Shown here piece after piece: positions 1-11,922 of a stretch of DNA of 64,000 nucleotides. The stretch comes from Mantamonas sphyraenae STR306 (lineage: Eukaryota > Protista > CRuMs). The stretch spans positions 146,360 to 210,359 of the forward strand of contig JAPMXV010000075.1 in the NCBI GenBank assembly GCA_026936335.1, read 5' to 3'. The notes under the pieces were generated by a model that was not told the origin of the DNA, did not search any database, and saw nothing but the letters and a program-made list of their open reading frames with translations. How positions within the stretch are numbered: position 1 is the stretch's first letter; each line of letters begins with the position of its first letter. A program made the position numbers and the translations under genes.

Positions 1-1824
1 CGCCAACGCGACAACGACATCAAGCGCGAGTACGCACAGTCGCTGGGCGAGTCTGCAACGGCCATTTTCATGACCACGTTGACCGACGTGATTGTGTTTA
101 GCTGCGGAATGATCGGAGCGTCGCCGGCGGCAGTCAAGTTTTGCAGCACGACATGCCTGTGCCTGATGATGGACTTTGCGCTGCAAATGACCTTTTTCAT
201 GGCTGCGATGGCACTTCATGCGCGATACATGGGCGGCTGCCGCAGGTGCTCGGTGTTGGACAAACACGCGGCGACAGAGACGGAGTACACATACAACGAG
301 GCCGAGATGGACGACTACGACGCCACCGTCACCGACACCTTCATGGATCAGCCAGAGATGTCTGCCATGTACGAGCCGTCGTCCCGTCGTGGATCCAGCA
401 TGCCTGGAAGCGGCGCACAGACCGCAGGAAGTGCGACACCTGTGCGACGTGGAGACGACATTGAGATTCACGCGCTGCCGATGCACAAGTCATCGACTAT
501 CGGCGACGTCGCGTCGACAGTGCCAGTTTCACCACGCACACAAACGACAGCAGCAGGTAATCAGGGCCTCAGCCTGCTGGGTATCGTGATGCGAGACTAC
601 TACGTGCCGCTGTTGGGCAAGCGCTGGTGCCAAGTGATCTGCGGCATCATTCTGGCGGGTCTCATAGGCATCTCTGTGGCTGGGTTTATTGGAGCCGACT
701 TTTCGTATGTTGGATTCGACGAGGCGCACCTGCACACATCGACGGACGCGCTGTTCATCGACATTCGGCTGCAGGACTTTCCAGAGGCGTTTACGGATCT
801 GCACGTGGTGCTTCCGCGGAAAACCAATTACCACTCACCGAAAGTACAGAGTGCGGTGCTGGACATGTGCAGGCGCCTGGAGGGCATCCATGGAAAGTGG
901 AGGGCGCCCGGGTTTCCGATCCGGTGCTGGCTGCGCGAGTTTGCGGCGTACAACAACGGGACATTGCCTTTGGGCCGCAAAGCATTCTACAACGCACTGC
1001 GACAGTTTACAGCAAGCGGTCCGGTGGGTGCGCAGGCACGCAGGGACCTGCTGTGGGACAAGGACGTGGTCGAGCAGTCGCGGCTGATGGTGCGTGTCAA
1101 CAGGCCGTTGTTTGTGGACGAGGCTGTGGAAGTGAACAGCACGATCAACACGGCGTTGCGTGGGGTAAACATGGCGTACGCTGTGGGGCTCAACACAATC
1201 GCCGACGCAGACAACCTGCCTGTGATCCTGGAGTCGCTGGTGACGGCGACGGGAACCGCAGTCGTACTCGTGGGCATCATCTGCGCCATCCTGCTCATCA
1301 ACCCGTGGTCAAGCGTTGTGCTGATGGTTGTGATTGTGGCCACGGTGGGCTGCGTGATTGCGGCACTGACATGGGGAGATGTCCATTTGTCCGTGCAGCT
1401 GCTGGTGGTCGGTGTGGCTGTCGTGGGCATGGGTGTGGACCTGACCGCACACATGATGCTGGCGTTCAACACACAGAGCGGGCCCAACCCGATCATCCGG
1501 CTGCGGCGCTCGCTTGTGGGCATCGGACCAGGAGTCTGGTACTCGGGGCTGACGAACCTGGCGCTGCTCCCGTTTGTGTATGAGGGCTCTGTGTACCTTG
1601 TCTTTTCTGCTGTAATGCTGGTGGTGTCGAGCAGCTTTGGCATGGTGTTTGCGTGGCTTGTGGTGCCCATGCTGGTCCAGGTGCTTCCGTTTCCTCCAGC
1701 GATTCGCGACGCGTCGATCATGCACGAGCTGAGTGATTTGAAGAATCACCCGTTTGACGCGTCTTCTCGATGGAAGCAGTCGTTTGCAGAGTACGAGGAT
1801 GGGGAGAAGCCGAGGGACGGATGA
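1..1824 (+). CDS. Patched/NPC1/Patched-related (RND, sterol-sensing-domain) membrane protein, 5'-partial
   Basis: Frame is open from base 1 (..SLGESATAIFMTTLTDVIVFSCG..FC..DFALQMTFFMAAMAL, an SSD signature). A luminal loop is followed by a second TM bundle with GMGVDLTAHMMLAF and SLVGIGPGVWYSGLT, typical of the C-terminal half of Patched-related/NPC1 proteins. Confidence 0.85.
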   Translation, partial: RQRDNDIKREYAQSLGESATAIFMTTLTDVIVFSCGMIGASPAAVKFCSTTCLCLMMDFALQMTFFMAAMALHARYMGGCRRCSVLDKHAATETEYTYNEAEMDDYDATVTDTFMDQPEMSAMYEPSSRRGSSMPGSGAQTAGSATPVRRGDDIEIHALPMHKSSTIGDVASTVPVSPRTQTTAAGNQGLSLLGIVMRDYYVPLLGKRWCQVICGIILAGLIGISVAGFIGADFSYVGFDEAHLHTSTDALFIDIRLQDFPEAFTDLHVVLPRKTNYHSPKVQSAVLDMCRRLEGIHGKWRAPGFPIRCWLREFAAYNNGTLPLGRKAFYNALRQFTASGPVGAQARRDLLWDKDVVEQSRLMVRVNRPLFVDEAVEVNSTINTALRGVNMAYAVGLNTIADADNLPVILESLVTATGTAVVLVGIICAILLINPWSSVVLMVVIVATVGCVIAALTWGDVHLSVQLLVVGVAVVGMGVDLTAHMMLAFNTQSGPNPIIRLRRSLVGIGPGVWYSGLTNLALLPFVYEGSVYLVFSAVMLVVSSSFGMVFAWLVVPMLVQVLPFPPAIRDASIMHELSDLKNHPFDASSRWKQSFAEYEDGEKPRDG

Positions 1825-2017
1825 GGGGTGGTGCAATGGAATGTCAAGTGTTCAACGATACAGTACATATAGGATTACCTTCAGCAGCTCGTGCGGGACG
1901 TGCACATATGCGGTGGGAGGATGTGGGTGCCTGGACGCGCTGTGAGTCGCATCAAACAAGTCCGAGTCTTCTGCGTCGGCAGGACCACACGATTGGAAGG
2001 GGTGGTGAGGGGTGGAC

Positions 2018-3539
2018 ATGTTGAGCCATCGTGGCACGTTTGTCCTCACTGTGGTGATGATGGGTGCAGCCTTGACCTGTGCAGCGACAACGACAAGCTG
2101 CGGCAGGTTGGCTGTGCCGCTTGACGCGACCGAGTTTCGACGTCCAGCTGCGTCGCCGCTTGAGCTGCCCGAATGGAAGCCCGGTTCAGCTCCAGCCACA
2201 GTTTTGTGCAACGTGTCTGCCGCAATGCCCGTTGATCTTGCACCGCCAGCAACAGTGGGAAGTGCGCCGGTGCAGAAGGAGTGTCGGTGGAGCGTGGTCG
2301 GTGCGTTGTACGCTCTTTGCAACTCATCCTTGCCCTCTTCACCGCTGCAGACCCAGGTGATACACATTCCGCATGCCGCTGTGCACGCACAGGTTGTGTG
2401 GGACACGGAGCAGCGATACTCGTTCGCGTCGCGGGGGACGACGGGGCGAGGTGCGTTCAACGACACAAACCTGTAGGTGTGGGCGTATCCATTGGTTTTA
2501 CTTGTGCACACGTGTCCTGTGCCATGAAACGGCGTCCGTTGATGCTTCCGTAGCCGTGTCCTGCCTTGTGCACAGGACGCTGACCCCGTTGCACAGCGCG
2601 CAGACCATAGTGAACCCAACCAACTCGTTTCACCACTACAGCAATGTTCAGGGCCAACACGAGGTGCTTGTGGTGCCGCTGATGCAAGTGCCCCTGCACT
2701 TTTGGCACTATCTGGCCGAGTTTTGCACGCTTTTGGTGCCTGTGCTGGAAGCACTGCAGGCCCATCCGACGTGGAAGCTGCTTGTTCCGCAACACGTCGA
2801 AGCGTATCTTCCTGTGCAGGAGCTGGGTGTGCGAGACGAGCAAGTGGTCAAACACGACTGGCAGACCACCATGCACGCACGTCACATGCTCGTGGTCACG
2901 CAGAGACCCGTGCATCTGGTGGATCTGCCGGATGGCCAGCTGTTGAAGGCGCTGCGGCAAAGATGGTGGCAAGTCACGGGTAAGGAACGTTTTGCGGCAC
3001 GGGAAAAAGAGATCCCGCGCCGGATTCTGATTGTGCAACACTCGTGCATGCCCGATGGAGCACGTAATCTTCGCAATGCTGAGGCGCTTGTGGTGGCGTT
3101 GGAAGGAAAGCTGAGGAGCACACCTCTCGATGGAATGTTTACGGTGGAGGTCGACTGCGTTGGCGAACGTCCGCGCGTGGAGCAACAAGAGGCTTTCCAT
3201 GACGCAGCCATGGTCATCATGGCTGCAGGCTCTGCCACTGGGAATCTACTGTACAGCCGACCTCACACGCCCGTGATTGTCATCCACGCAGGTGACATCG
3301 GCTACTTGGGGTTCTACAACCTCGCCGCAGCGTGGGAAGTGGACTACATCATGGCAAAGGCGGGAGATTGGGGTTCGTTTGATGGTGTGTGGGAGCTGCC
3401 TGTCGATGTGGTGGAGGCCTTGGCAGCGAGAGGGGTCGACGAGCTGGCCAAGCGGTGGGGGGTGGTGGAGGATGCTTCATCTGCGATGAATCCCGTGGAT
3501 AGCAAAGCAGCGCACACTGTTGGGTCAAGACCGGCATGA
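2018..3539 (+). CDS. Glycosyltransferase family 61 (DUF563)-like protein with an N-terminal signal/anchor; one intron at about 2473-2596
   Basis: ORF 2012-2476 (hydrophobic N-terminus) joins ORF 2373-3539 in frame through GTAGGT..GCTGAC..CACAG. Motifs HFWHYLAEF, RNLRNAEALV and EQQEAFHDAAMVIMAAGSATGNLLYSRPHTPVIVI match the GT61 pattern. Confidence 0.7.
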
Positions 3540-3919
3540 AGGTGAACGAGAGAGGCTTCTTGGGACAATGTCCCGTTCCAACTCTGTCCGTGAATGAATC
3601 CTTTTCCCAGATCCGTCACCACGAGGCATCCCACCGGTGGTGAAGGGGAAATAATCCGCGTCCACAATGAGTTTTCAAGGACCTCTGGGATAGTGTGCAG
3701 GGTGCATCAGCTCGCTGACAAATCAGCGCGACTCAGCGCGGCTCGGGAGCGCTGCGCTGAATCTTTTTTCCCTTGCCAGCGATCGACCCACGGGCGGCTG
3801 CAACGTGACGCAGAACACTGCTGTAGGAAACTCACACAACACAAGATCCTTCTCTCGTGTGCCATCGGAATGAAGATCTTGCCTTGCGCGCGACGGGCAA
3901 TCGAAACGAGGTTTTTCCG

Positions 3920-6900
3920 ATGCGAGCCCTCCTTGTCGCCTTTCTTTCTTTCCTGGTGCTCCTTTCCCTGGCATCTCTGGGTGCTGGCCAGAGAGATGCA
4001 ACTCTGTGCTTCATGCAAGCTCTCGGCGTGGCCCCTGCCGATCCCCTCACCTGTCATTGCACCTGGCGAGGGGTGACGTGCGACGAGTGGAATGCTACGC
4101 AAACTTCCTGCCCGTCAACCACCTCTGTACACTCCATCAAGCTGGACTCTATCGCTCCAACACCTCCGTACACTCCCAAAATCGACGGGGATTGCCTTCA
4201 GAACCTGACTTCCCTGAAAACCCTCGAGCTGCGCAACATGAGCATCCATGGCGGCCTCTCGAAAATACCCACGTTCTTGAGAACGCTCTCCATGCCATTC
4301 AACGCCATCCAGAACATTTCCGCGTGGTACAAAGTTTTTTTTTATGAAAGTAACTACGTTGATCTTGGGAGCATCGAAACTTTAGACCTGAGCCACAACA
4401 TCCTTGAGCTGGAATTTGGCGGGGATGCGGAGAAGATCCTCTTTGAAAAGCTTGTCAATCTCAAAGAGATTAACTTGTCTCACAACCGCCTGAAGGGGTC
4501 TCTTCGTCGCTTTGGATTGCCTTATTTCGAGGAAGAAATGCTCTCATATCTGAGGGTTGTGGACTTTTCGAGCAATCAGCTGGTTGGTCCGCTGCCGCCC
4601 CTGCGCTCGTTCGGCAAAGTCCGCGTTCTAAACGTCTCTCACAACCAAATCGACGAGCCGATTACGCGCGACCATCTCTCCTCCACCCTTCGTACCCTGG
4701 ACGCCTCCCACAACGCCATTCCCGGCGCGCTTCCGCAAGACCCGTCCCTGTGGGCATCTATGCACATCGTGGACCTGAGCAACAACAAGCTGATTGGAAG
4801 CATACCCTCGCTCCTCCCAGCTTCGTCTCTGCAGTCACTCAAGTTGGCCAGCAACACACTGTCGGGCGCGCTGCCGCCGTCGCTTTGGCAGCAGCCACAA
4901 CTGCTCGTCCTCGACCTCACTGACAACCTCATCTCTGGACGTATCGATGGCCATTCGTCGTCGCCAACGTGGAATAGCACTGCTCTGCAGTGGCTGTCTC
5001 TGGCACGCAATCAACTGAACGACACGCTGCCGCCGCAGCTCGGGAGTCTCACAAATCTCACCTATCTGGGCCTCTCTGAAAACCAGATAGAGGGCAAAAT
5101 CATACCCGAGGTTGTTCAACTGATGCACATGCACCGTCTCAGCCACCTGGACGCCTTTGCCAACCTCTTGTCGGGCACGGTACCCAGGGCACTCTTTGCC
5201 GTCGCCCCCAGCGCAGATCCCCGGGCCAAGCGTATCATCAACCTCTCTCGCAATGAGCTTTTGGACACCCAGATTCTGGAAACACTCCTGCATGGCGACG
5301 CTCTCAACGTGGAGTTGCATTTCAGCGGAAACAACAACGAGACGACCCAGATTCCAGACACGCCCAAGTGGAGCCGCTTCGCCTGCTTGAATCTCCACCT
5401 GACTGCCATGTCGCTTGATGGACCGGTGCCGTCGTCGTTTGTGCGTGCAAACCTGAGCTACCTGAATCTCGCCTTCAACAAGCTTTCGGGTGACTTTCCC
5501 GCGGCGCAGCTGAAGGGACAGAACCCCGCCTGCCAACTAAAGGTGCTCTCATTGGGCAACCAGCAGGGCATCCGGGACCATCTCCGTCTGCCGCTCGGCG
5601 AGGCCTTGCATGCGTTGGCTCGTGTCGCACACCTGCGTGAGGTGTACTTGGACCACATGAATCTCACGTACGATGCTCCCTGCAGCAATAACAGCGCTGC
5701 AAGGTTCCTGCAAGAGCTGGAAGTGTTGTCACTTGCATATTCGACTGTGAACGACAATTGCCCATTCGACGTCGAACTGTTTGGTTTGCCGCGCATCCGC
5801 TCCATCGACCTGCAAGGAACCCTCTTTAGACTGCACATCAACGAAAGCATAGCGTTTAGTCCTAGCCTGCGTGTCATCAACGTCGGCGGGAAACGAATGT
5901 CCGCAGTGATTCCGTGGCACAAGCTTCCGCCCCAGTTGGAATATCTGGCCATTGAGGGCCCCGAAGACATCGCTGTGGACGCAAGCATCTCTGCGGAAGC
6001 GTCTCGCAACGTGACGTTGCGCTCGTTGCACACTGTGCTGCTTCCACGCACCCGATTTGGCCACACCTTGAGAAACTTGTGCCCGGTTCTCCCCGCGATC
6101 CAGCGGTTCAGCATTCAAGACTCGGTCGAGGTGGATTTCCTGCCAGATTGTCTGGTCAGCTGGCGCGGCCTCGTTCAGTTCATCGTACGCAACTGCGGCC
6201 TTGGGGGCGACGATCTCCCCGACTTTTCAACGATGTCCAACTTGACTGAGTTGGACCTGAGCAACAACAGGATCAGTTCGTCCACGTGGACAGTTCAGCG
6301 ATCGCTGGTGCGGTGGTATGGGCCGACCCCTGTTTCGCCGCCTCTCAAGGTGCTGAACCTGCAGAACAATCTCATCCGCGGAGCCGCTGCCAACCTGCTC
6401 GTGGCGCGGAACTGGGGTGACCTCGACCTGTCTTTCAATAGTCTCAATGGGGAAATCCAACCTTCCGCAGACCTGCGCATGTCGTCCTTTACCACGATCC
6501 GACTCGAGAACAACGAAAACGTGACAGGAGCGCTTTCCGAGGAGCTGCTCACCATCCCATCGTTATCGTACGTCAACGTGGCCAACACGAGCGCCACGCT
6601 GTCGGACTTTACTCAGTGCACGGTGGAGGCGTGGGAACCCATTGTAACGCATGGCGAGCAAAAGCTGCGTTGCAAGGATCTCACCCTGTCCTGCAACCGC
6701 CGTGTGCAGATTCGAGGCTCCTGGCCAAACGCAAAGTTTTGCGAGTGCCTGGAAACCACAGGGTTTGGGAGCAATTTGACAACGTGCTTGGATTGTCCCA
6801 CGTGGCATCCGGCCAGCCGGTGTTCCGGCGGCATGATCACCAGCAGCCGATACGACGACAGCACCGAGCGCATCCGAGTGTGTCCCGTGCCCTTTGCGTG

Positions 6901-8380
6901 TGAGTCTGTGTCACAGGTGGACGTTGTGGGCAACAACAGCGATCCCCACTGCGCTCTGGAGTACACGGGCCGTTTGTGCTCCGAATGCCGGCTGAGTGTG
7001 CCTCACCACGGCAAACAAGTGCAGGTGTACCGCCACGGCAAGAAGTGCGAGCCGTGCCAAGATTCCGACGTGTGGCAACCCATCACCCTGCTGTGCGTGG
7101 CATTTGTCGCCCTGCTTGCGTTTACGTTTCACTCGCGCTTCCACCACTACGACAGCCAGAAGGGCACCAAAAAGATCCTCATCTTCTGGCTTCAAATTAT
7201 GGCTGTACTCGACTCGTCCATTTTCTCCGTGGATGTCCAGTATGAGGCCCTGCGCTCCCAGGCACATGGCGCAGGGGAAGCATTTGTGGAAGACTCGTTT
7301 AAGACCGACTCCATCAGGCGAGAGCTGTCGCAGTTGGTCAAACTATCTTTCAGCAGTGTGCTGTGTGCGTTTGATCATCCGGAAACGCATGGGGTGCCGT
7401 GGAAGGAGCCGTGGATGTTTGAGTTTTGGCTGCGTTTGGGTCTGCCGCTGGGGATCATCACTCTGCTGTGCGTGGCCATCTTCAGCTTGGCGCATGTGGG
7501 CGGACAGCACCTTTTTGGCACGCGCAGGCACCTGCGGCGGATGACCATGGGCATTGCCGTCTACTTTCTTGTGCAATTTGGGTACGCGGGCATGACGCTG
7601 GTCTCCCTCCAGGTGATGAACTGCACGAACCCAGATGGCTACATGAACGCCCTACCGTTTGTAAAGTGCGATCTCGAGCCCGTCAAGGTGCTTGTCGGTG
7701 TCGCGTGGGTTGCCTTTCTGCTTGTGGGGCTTGGGCTGCCGGCCCTCGTGTTCTGGCGTGTGCGACGCATCCGCTGGCAAGAGGCGTCGCGTCCGGCCGA
7801 TGAGCAGTTTGTCAAGGAGAATCTGATGGCGTGGGGCCATCTGTACTGCAGCTACCGCGACGAGGCGTGGTGGTACGAATCGGTTTTGATGCTGCGCCGA
7901 CTGGTGGTGACCATGATTGTCTCGTTGACCCCGTACGACAACCTGCCGCTGCTGTTTTCTCTGCTGATGTTGAGCATGCTTGCGTTTATTTCCATCCACG
8001 CGCATGTGCAGCCGTTCAAGCGGCGCCAGGACAACCTGCTCGAAGACGTTTCCCTCAACCTGCTGCTCGTCCTCACCGTGATTGGCACGCTTGTCACAGT
8101 GCTGCCGTACAGAGACTTTGGCGACGCTCTGTTGGCCCTGTTTGGCGTCGAGACCATCGGCTCCCTGCTCTTTGTGATCGTCGCCGCGATGAAGCTGCTG
8201 CGTGAAATTTCCCACTCGGTGGACTTTCGCGCGATGATGGCTTGGGCCAAAGGGATGTTGAGCAGGGGCGAGAGACAGCAGTCGTCACGCAAGTCGAAGA
8301 GCGGACGATCTCGTCTGGTGCCGCAGGGCCGGCGGAGGGGCGGCAAGGACAGGGAGATTCCGCTGCTGGAGGATTTTTGA
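3920..8380 (+). CDS. LRR ectodomain + Cys-rich region + ~7-TM receptor-like protein (~1,486 aa)
   Basis: Signal peptide MRALLVAFLSFLVLLSLASLGAG, LRR N-cap CTWRGVTC, many plant-type LxxLxLSxNxLxGxLP repeats and a Cys-rich stalk (CALEYTGRLCSEC). The multi-TM region contains WGHLYCSYRDEAWWYESVLMLRRL and QPFK..DN.LE. Confidence 0.85.
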   Translation: MRALLVAFLSFLVLLSLASLGAGQRDATLCFMQALGVAPADPLTCHCTWRGVTCDEWNATQTSCPSTTSVHSIKLDSIAPTPPYTPKIDGDCLQNLTSLKTLELRNMSIHGGLSKIPTFLRTLSMPFNAIQNISAWYKVFFYESNYVDLGSIETLDLSHNILELEFGGDAEKILFEKLVNLKEINLSHNRLKGSLRRFGLPYFEEEMLSYLRVVDFSSNQLVGPLPPLRSFGKVRVLNVSHNQIDEPITRDHLSSTLRTLDASHNAIPGALPQDPSLWASMHIVDLSNNKLIGSIPSLLPASSLQSLKLASNTLSGALPPSLWQQPQLLVLDLTDNLISGRIDGHSSSPTWNSTALQWLSLARNQLNDTLPPQLGSLTNLTYLGLSENQIEGKIIPEVVQLMHMHRLSHLDAFANLLSGTVPRALFAVAPSADPRAKRIINLSRNELLDTQILETLLHGDALNVELHFSGNNNETTQIPDTPKWSRFACLNLHLTAMSLDGPVPSSFVRANLSYLNLAFNKLSGDFPAAQLKGQNPACQLKVLSLGNQQGIRDHLRLPLGEALHALARVAHLREVYLDHMNLTYDAPCSNNSAARFLQELEVLSLAYSTVNDNCPFDVELFGLPRIRSIDLQGTLFRLHINESIAFSPSLRVINVGGKRMSAVIPWHKLPPQLEYLAIEGPEDIAVDASISAEASRNVTLRSLHTVLLPRTRFGHTLRNLCPVLPAIQRFSIQDSVEVDFLPDCLVSWRGLVQFIVRNCGLGGDDLPDFSTMSNLTELDLSNNRISSSTWTVQRSLVRWYGPTPVSPPLKVLNLQNNLIRGAAANLLVARNWGDLDLSFNSLNGEIQPSADLRMSSFTTIRLENNENVTGALSEELLTIPSLSYVNVANTSATLSDFTQCTVEAWEPIVTHGEQKLRCKDLTLSCNRRVQIRGSWPNAKFCECLETTGFGSNLTTCLDCPTWHPASRCSGGMITSSRYDDSTERIRVCPVPFACESVSQVDVVGNNSDPHCALEYTGRLCSECRLSVPHHGKQVQVYRHGKKCEPCQDSDVWQPITLLCVAFVALLAFTFHSRFHHYDSQKGTKKILIFWLQIMAVLDSSIFSVDVQYEALRSQAHGAGEAFVEDSFKTDSIRRELSQLVKLSFSSVLCAFDHPETHGVPWKEPWMFEFWLRLGLPLGIITLLCVAIFSLAHVGGQHLFGTRRHLRRMTMGIAVYFLVQFGYAGMTLVSLQVMNCTNPDGYMNALPFVKCDLEPVKVLVGVAWVAFLLVGLGLPALVFWRVRRIRWQEASRPADEQFVKENLMAWGHLYCSYRDEAWWYESVLMLRRLVVTMIVSLTPYDNLPLLFSLLMLSMLAFISIHAHVQPFKRRQDNLLEDVSLNLLLVLTVIGTLVTVLPYRDFGDALLALFGVETIGSLLFVIVAAMKLLREISHSVDFRAMMAWAKGMLSRGERQQSSRKSKSGRSRLVPQGRRRGGKDREIPLLEDF

Positions 8381-8540
8381 GCAGAGCAGGTCTTTGCGAC
8401 CGACCGTGAACACAGCTGTGCTTTGCTGAAAAGCAATAAAAATCCATCCTTTCGATGGTAGTCGGTCGCAAATCCCTGCCGTCAGCCGCCCGTCGCCCCG
8501 CCCACCTTTATTCCGTGTGTGTTGTGCGGAGCAGAGCGGC

Positions 8541-9120
8541 GGCGAACGTCCGAACGGAGGAATGGGAGGGCCACGGGGAGTGAGGATGGGTTGAGAGGGA
8601 TTGAGAGGGGGTGGGGAGGGTGGGAATGAAGGTGGTTTGTTGGAGAGGGTGTTGGATGGGGGGGTGGACGGGGTGGAAGGGGTGAAAGTGGTTTCCCAAA
8701 TTGTGAGTGTCAAGCTTGACCGCAGAAGAGACACTGCAGCGTTGTTTCGGTGTGGCCATTGGCTCTCTGCTGTTTGTGATCGTCGTCGCGATGAAGCAGC
8801 TGCGCGATGTGTCTCAGCTCGCCAGATCTTCGGGCTACGACACGCGATGATTTCTTGGGGGGCAGGGGAAGCTGAAAGTTGGCCGGAGCCGGGAAGGAAG
8901 GGACAGCTATCACGCATGGAGAGGAACGTACGATGTTGTCTGGGGTCGCATGGCCGGCGTAGGGGCGGAGAGGACGGGTGGGGTGAAGGGTGGCGAACGC
9001 CCGAACGGAGGAATGGGAGGGCCAGAGAGAATGAGGATGGGTTGAGAGGGGTTGAGAGGGGGTGGGGAGGGTGGGAAAGAAGGTGGTTTGTTGGAGAGGG
9101 TGTTGGATGGGGTGGTGGAC
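8541..9120. repeat. Pair of ~130-bp G-rich direct repeats (8541-8672 and 8992-9120) flanking a degenerate copy of the 3' end of the LRR-TM gene
   Basis: GGCGAACGYCCGAACGGAGGAATGGGAGGGCC...GGTGGTTTGTTGGAGAGGGTGTTGGATGGGG occurs twice. 8741-8880 resembles 8138-8265 (ctgctctttgtgatcgtcgccgcgatgaagctgctgcg). Confidence 0.8.
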
Positions 9121-9312
9121 AACGGGGAGAAGCTGGTACTTTGAGCATCGCTTTCCCGCACGGCGATTCAGGTCACAGAATGATCTTGCCGGTCTTCCAT
9201 ACGCTGTGTGTAGAGAAACGCCCTAGGGAAGGGTTTTGAGGTCGCCAGAGCATGCGATGCAGCGATGTAAAGGTGCCACACGCGCCCACTCCACCAACAC
9301 CAGCAACCACTC

Positions 9313-11922
9313 ATGGCAACACGGAAGCGGGGAACGAGCATTGCCTCTGCCACATCATCTCCTTCTCCATCCGACACATGGGATGCACTTTTGCCAGCCA
9401 CATCCACGGTCGCAACAGGTTCGTGCTCGCGCATTCGCGTTCATCCTCTTTGCCCCACCCCCCTTTCAACAGCCACTGACACTCGCTGGCGTCAATTCAG
9501 AAGAGGAAAAGCTGCGCATCGGCGATCTACGCGTCATATTGTCCGTGCGCGTGACACGACGACGTACGTGCGCAACTACGACGGCACACGAAACGCACCC
9601 TTGCTGACACGTTTGCCCTGCCCCAGGCCTACTGCAGGATGCCTTTGTCTATCTTGCCTTCATGATCCTCTACATCATCCAGCTATCGCTCATTCGCAAC
9701 GTCACCGCCACCCACCGGCTGGAGACCACGCTTGTAGCTGCAGGTGAGCAGGCGCCGTTTTTTTCTAGCGACGTCGATCCAGACGCTCACCCAACCCCTC
9801 CGCAGTGGTCGACGACGAGTTTCCGGACGTCTCTTTTGCAAAGTCGTACATGGACATCACCAAGATCTCCGAGTTTTGGGAGTGGACGCGAGGCGTGCTG
9901 GTGGGTGCGCTGACGGTGGACACGGGACCGGACGGGCAACCATTGCCAGCCGCCAAGCAGCGGACCATCGCCGGGGTCAATCGTGTTGTGGGCGCCGTGC
10001 GCTTCCGGCAACTGCGTGTCAACACGACCAGATGCCCAAACGAGTTCATGGACAAGGTCATGCCGACATGTGTGCCAGAATACGATCCTGGCGCGCACCA
10101 AGTTGCCAACGGGACACTGTTCAATGGCTATCGCTTTGTGGAGACGGTGCGTGGCAGTGACTCGCACATACCGACCGAGTTTTCGCGCATCTCCAGTCGG
10201 TACTATCCCGGCGACGGGTTTGTGTCGGATGTGCTCCTTCAAAAGGGCAGCGTCGCCACGGCCTGCGACAACGGCACACAGTCTGCGCAAGCGTTTGTCA
10301 CCTGCCAAGTGGATGCAATGATACGCAACAATTTCTACGACGAGCAGACGTCTGTGATGTTTGTGTCGTTCACCACGTACAACGGCCTGGACGATCTCTT
10401 CATGCTCTCCCAGCTGATGGTCGAGACAGACACGTCTGGGGGCCTGCACCCGTCGTGGAACATGCGTCCGTTCCGCACACGCGTGTACGTGCGCCCAAGC
10501 GACTGGGTGCGCCTCGTGGTGGAGCTGTTTGTGCTCGGGTTCATCGGGTACTTCATCTGGGCAGAGATTGACGAGGCACGGAAGCAGTGGAAGGAAGGCA
10601 CTCTGAGTTTGTACTTCACCGTGTGGAATGTGCTGGACGTGATCAACCTGCTCTTTTTCGTGGTGATCATTTTGTGGCAGATCTCGTACGTGGCCCGCCC
10701 CGTGCCGACGCAGGTCAACGACGCGGCCTACCAGCCCTACCCGGCATTGGATGGCTGGGCACGCGATTTCATTTCGATTGTCAACTTTACGTCATTCAAT
10801 GTGTTTTTGTCGTTCATCAAGATCTTCAAGTTTTTGCAGGTCAGCGACCGCATGTCGCTGATCTGGCGCACGCTGAGCGTGGCGTCGGCAGACCTGCTGG
10901 CATTCATGACGTTCTTTGTCATTGTCTTTCTCGGCTTTGCCATCATGGGCTACGTGCAGTTTGGCGGATCGATGGCGGAGTTTGACACGTTTGACAACGC
11001 CATCCTCACGTGCTTCAACATGGCCCTCGGTGAATTCAACTTGGAAGACATGACGCGTGCCAACCGCGTGCTGGGGCCTCTGTTCTACGTTCTGTTTGTC
11101 GTGCTCGTGTTTTTCATCCTCGTCAACATGTTCCTGGCCATCATCAACGACGCGTATCAGGAGGCCCACAAGAACATGCAGCGCTTCGAACTGAGTGACC
11201 AGATGTCTCGTGCATGGCGCAAGCTTCGCCGTCGCTTTGCGCTGCAGCGCAAAGAGCTGCAGGAGGGCGACCAGCAGGAGGACGACAAGCTTCTGGATCG
11301 CTTCATCAAGGCCAAGAGCAAGGACGAGCGGGCAAACGAGGAGTACGAGTGGCTTGCAAGAGATGAGTTGGAGGATAGGCTGAGGGACGAGTATGGCGTG
11401 GACCAAAAGGGCACGCAGAGGCTGGTGAACTTGTTTGAAGAGCTGAGCGGTCGTGCAGGGTACCGAGAGAAGCTTACCAAGGCGCGCAAGCAGGCAGAGA
11501 GGCGTTCACAGAAACTCAAGATCAGAGTGACCGGCAGGGAGCCGTTTGACGAGGAATTGGAGGAACTGGAAGAGCTCGAGGACGAGCGCGGGGACTTGAT
11601 GGCTTGGATGGAAACGGTCCAAGAATCGCAGGAGGAGCTGCGCAAAGAGACCGCTCAGGTGCGGGAACTTGTCCAGCAGTTGCTCGCTCAGACGCACGAG
11701 AAGGTTCAAGGCGGCGCAGAGGTGGGCCCGCGAGTGCAACCGGAGCCGAATGTGGACATCGTCAAGCCAAAGGTGCAAGCGAGCGCGGTGCACGCACGTG
11801 ATAATGAGAGCCGTGGCGTGCAGAGTGAGCCGAGGTTGGTTGTTGCACGTGGGGTGGAGATGAGGGCGCTGGCGCCCGTTGAGAACGACGAGTGGACAAG
11901 TGACGAGGAGAGCGATGAATAG
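9313..11922 (+). CDS. PKD2: Polycystin-2 (TRPP) cation channel; introns 9419-9472 (tentative), 9545-9626 and 9744-9805
   Basis: Splicing restores S1 (LLQDAFVYLAFMILYII). TOP-domain motifs NRVVGAVRFRQLRV, YPGDGF and FVSFTTYNG are present. Pore and S6 FNMALGEF..NRVLGPLFYVLFVVLVFFILVNMFLAIINDAY closely match PKD2. C-terminal coiled coil. Confidence 0.93.

Noticed and set aside
8285-9239. ORFs 8285-9148 (-) and 8601-9239 (+)
   Set aside because: Low-complexity translations of the G-rich direct repeats.
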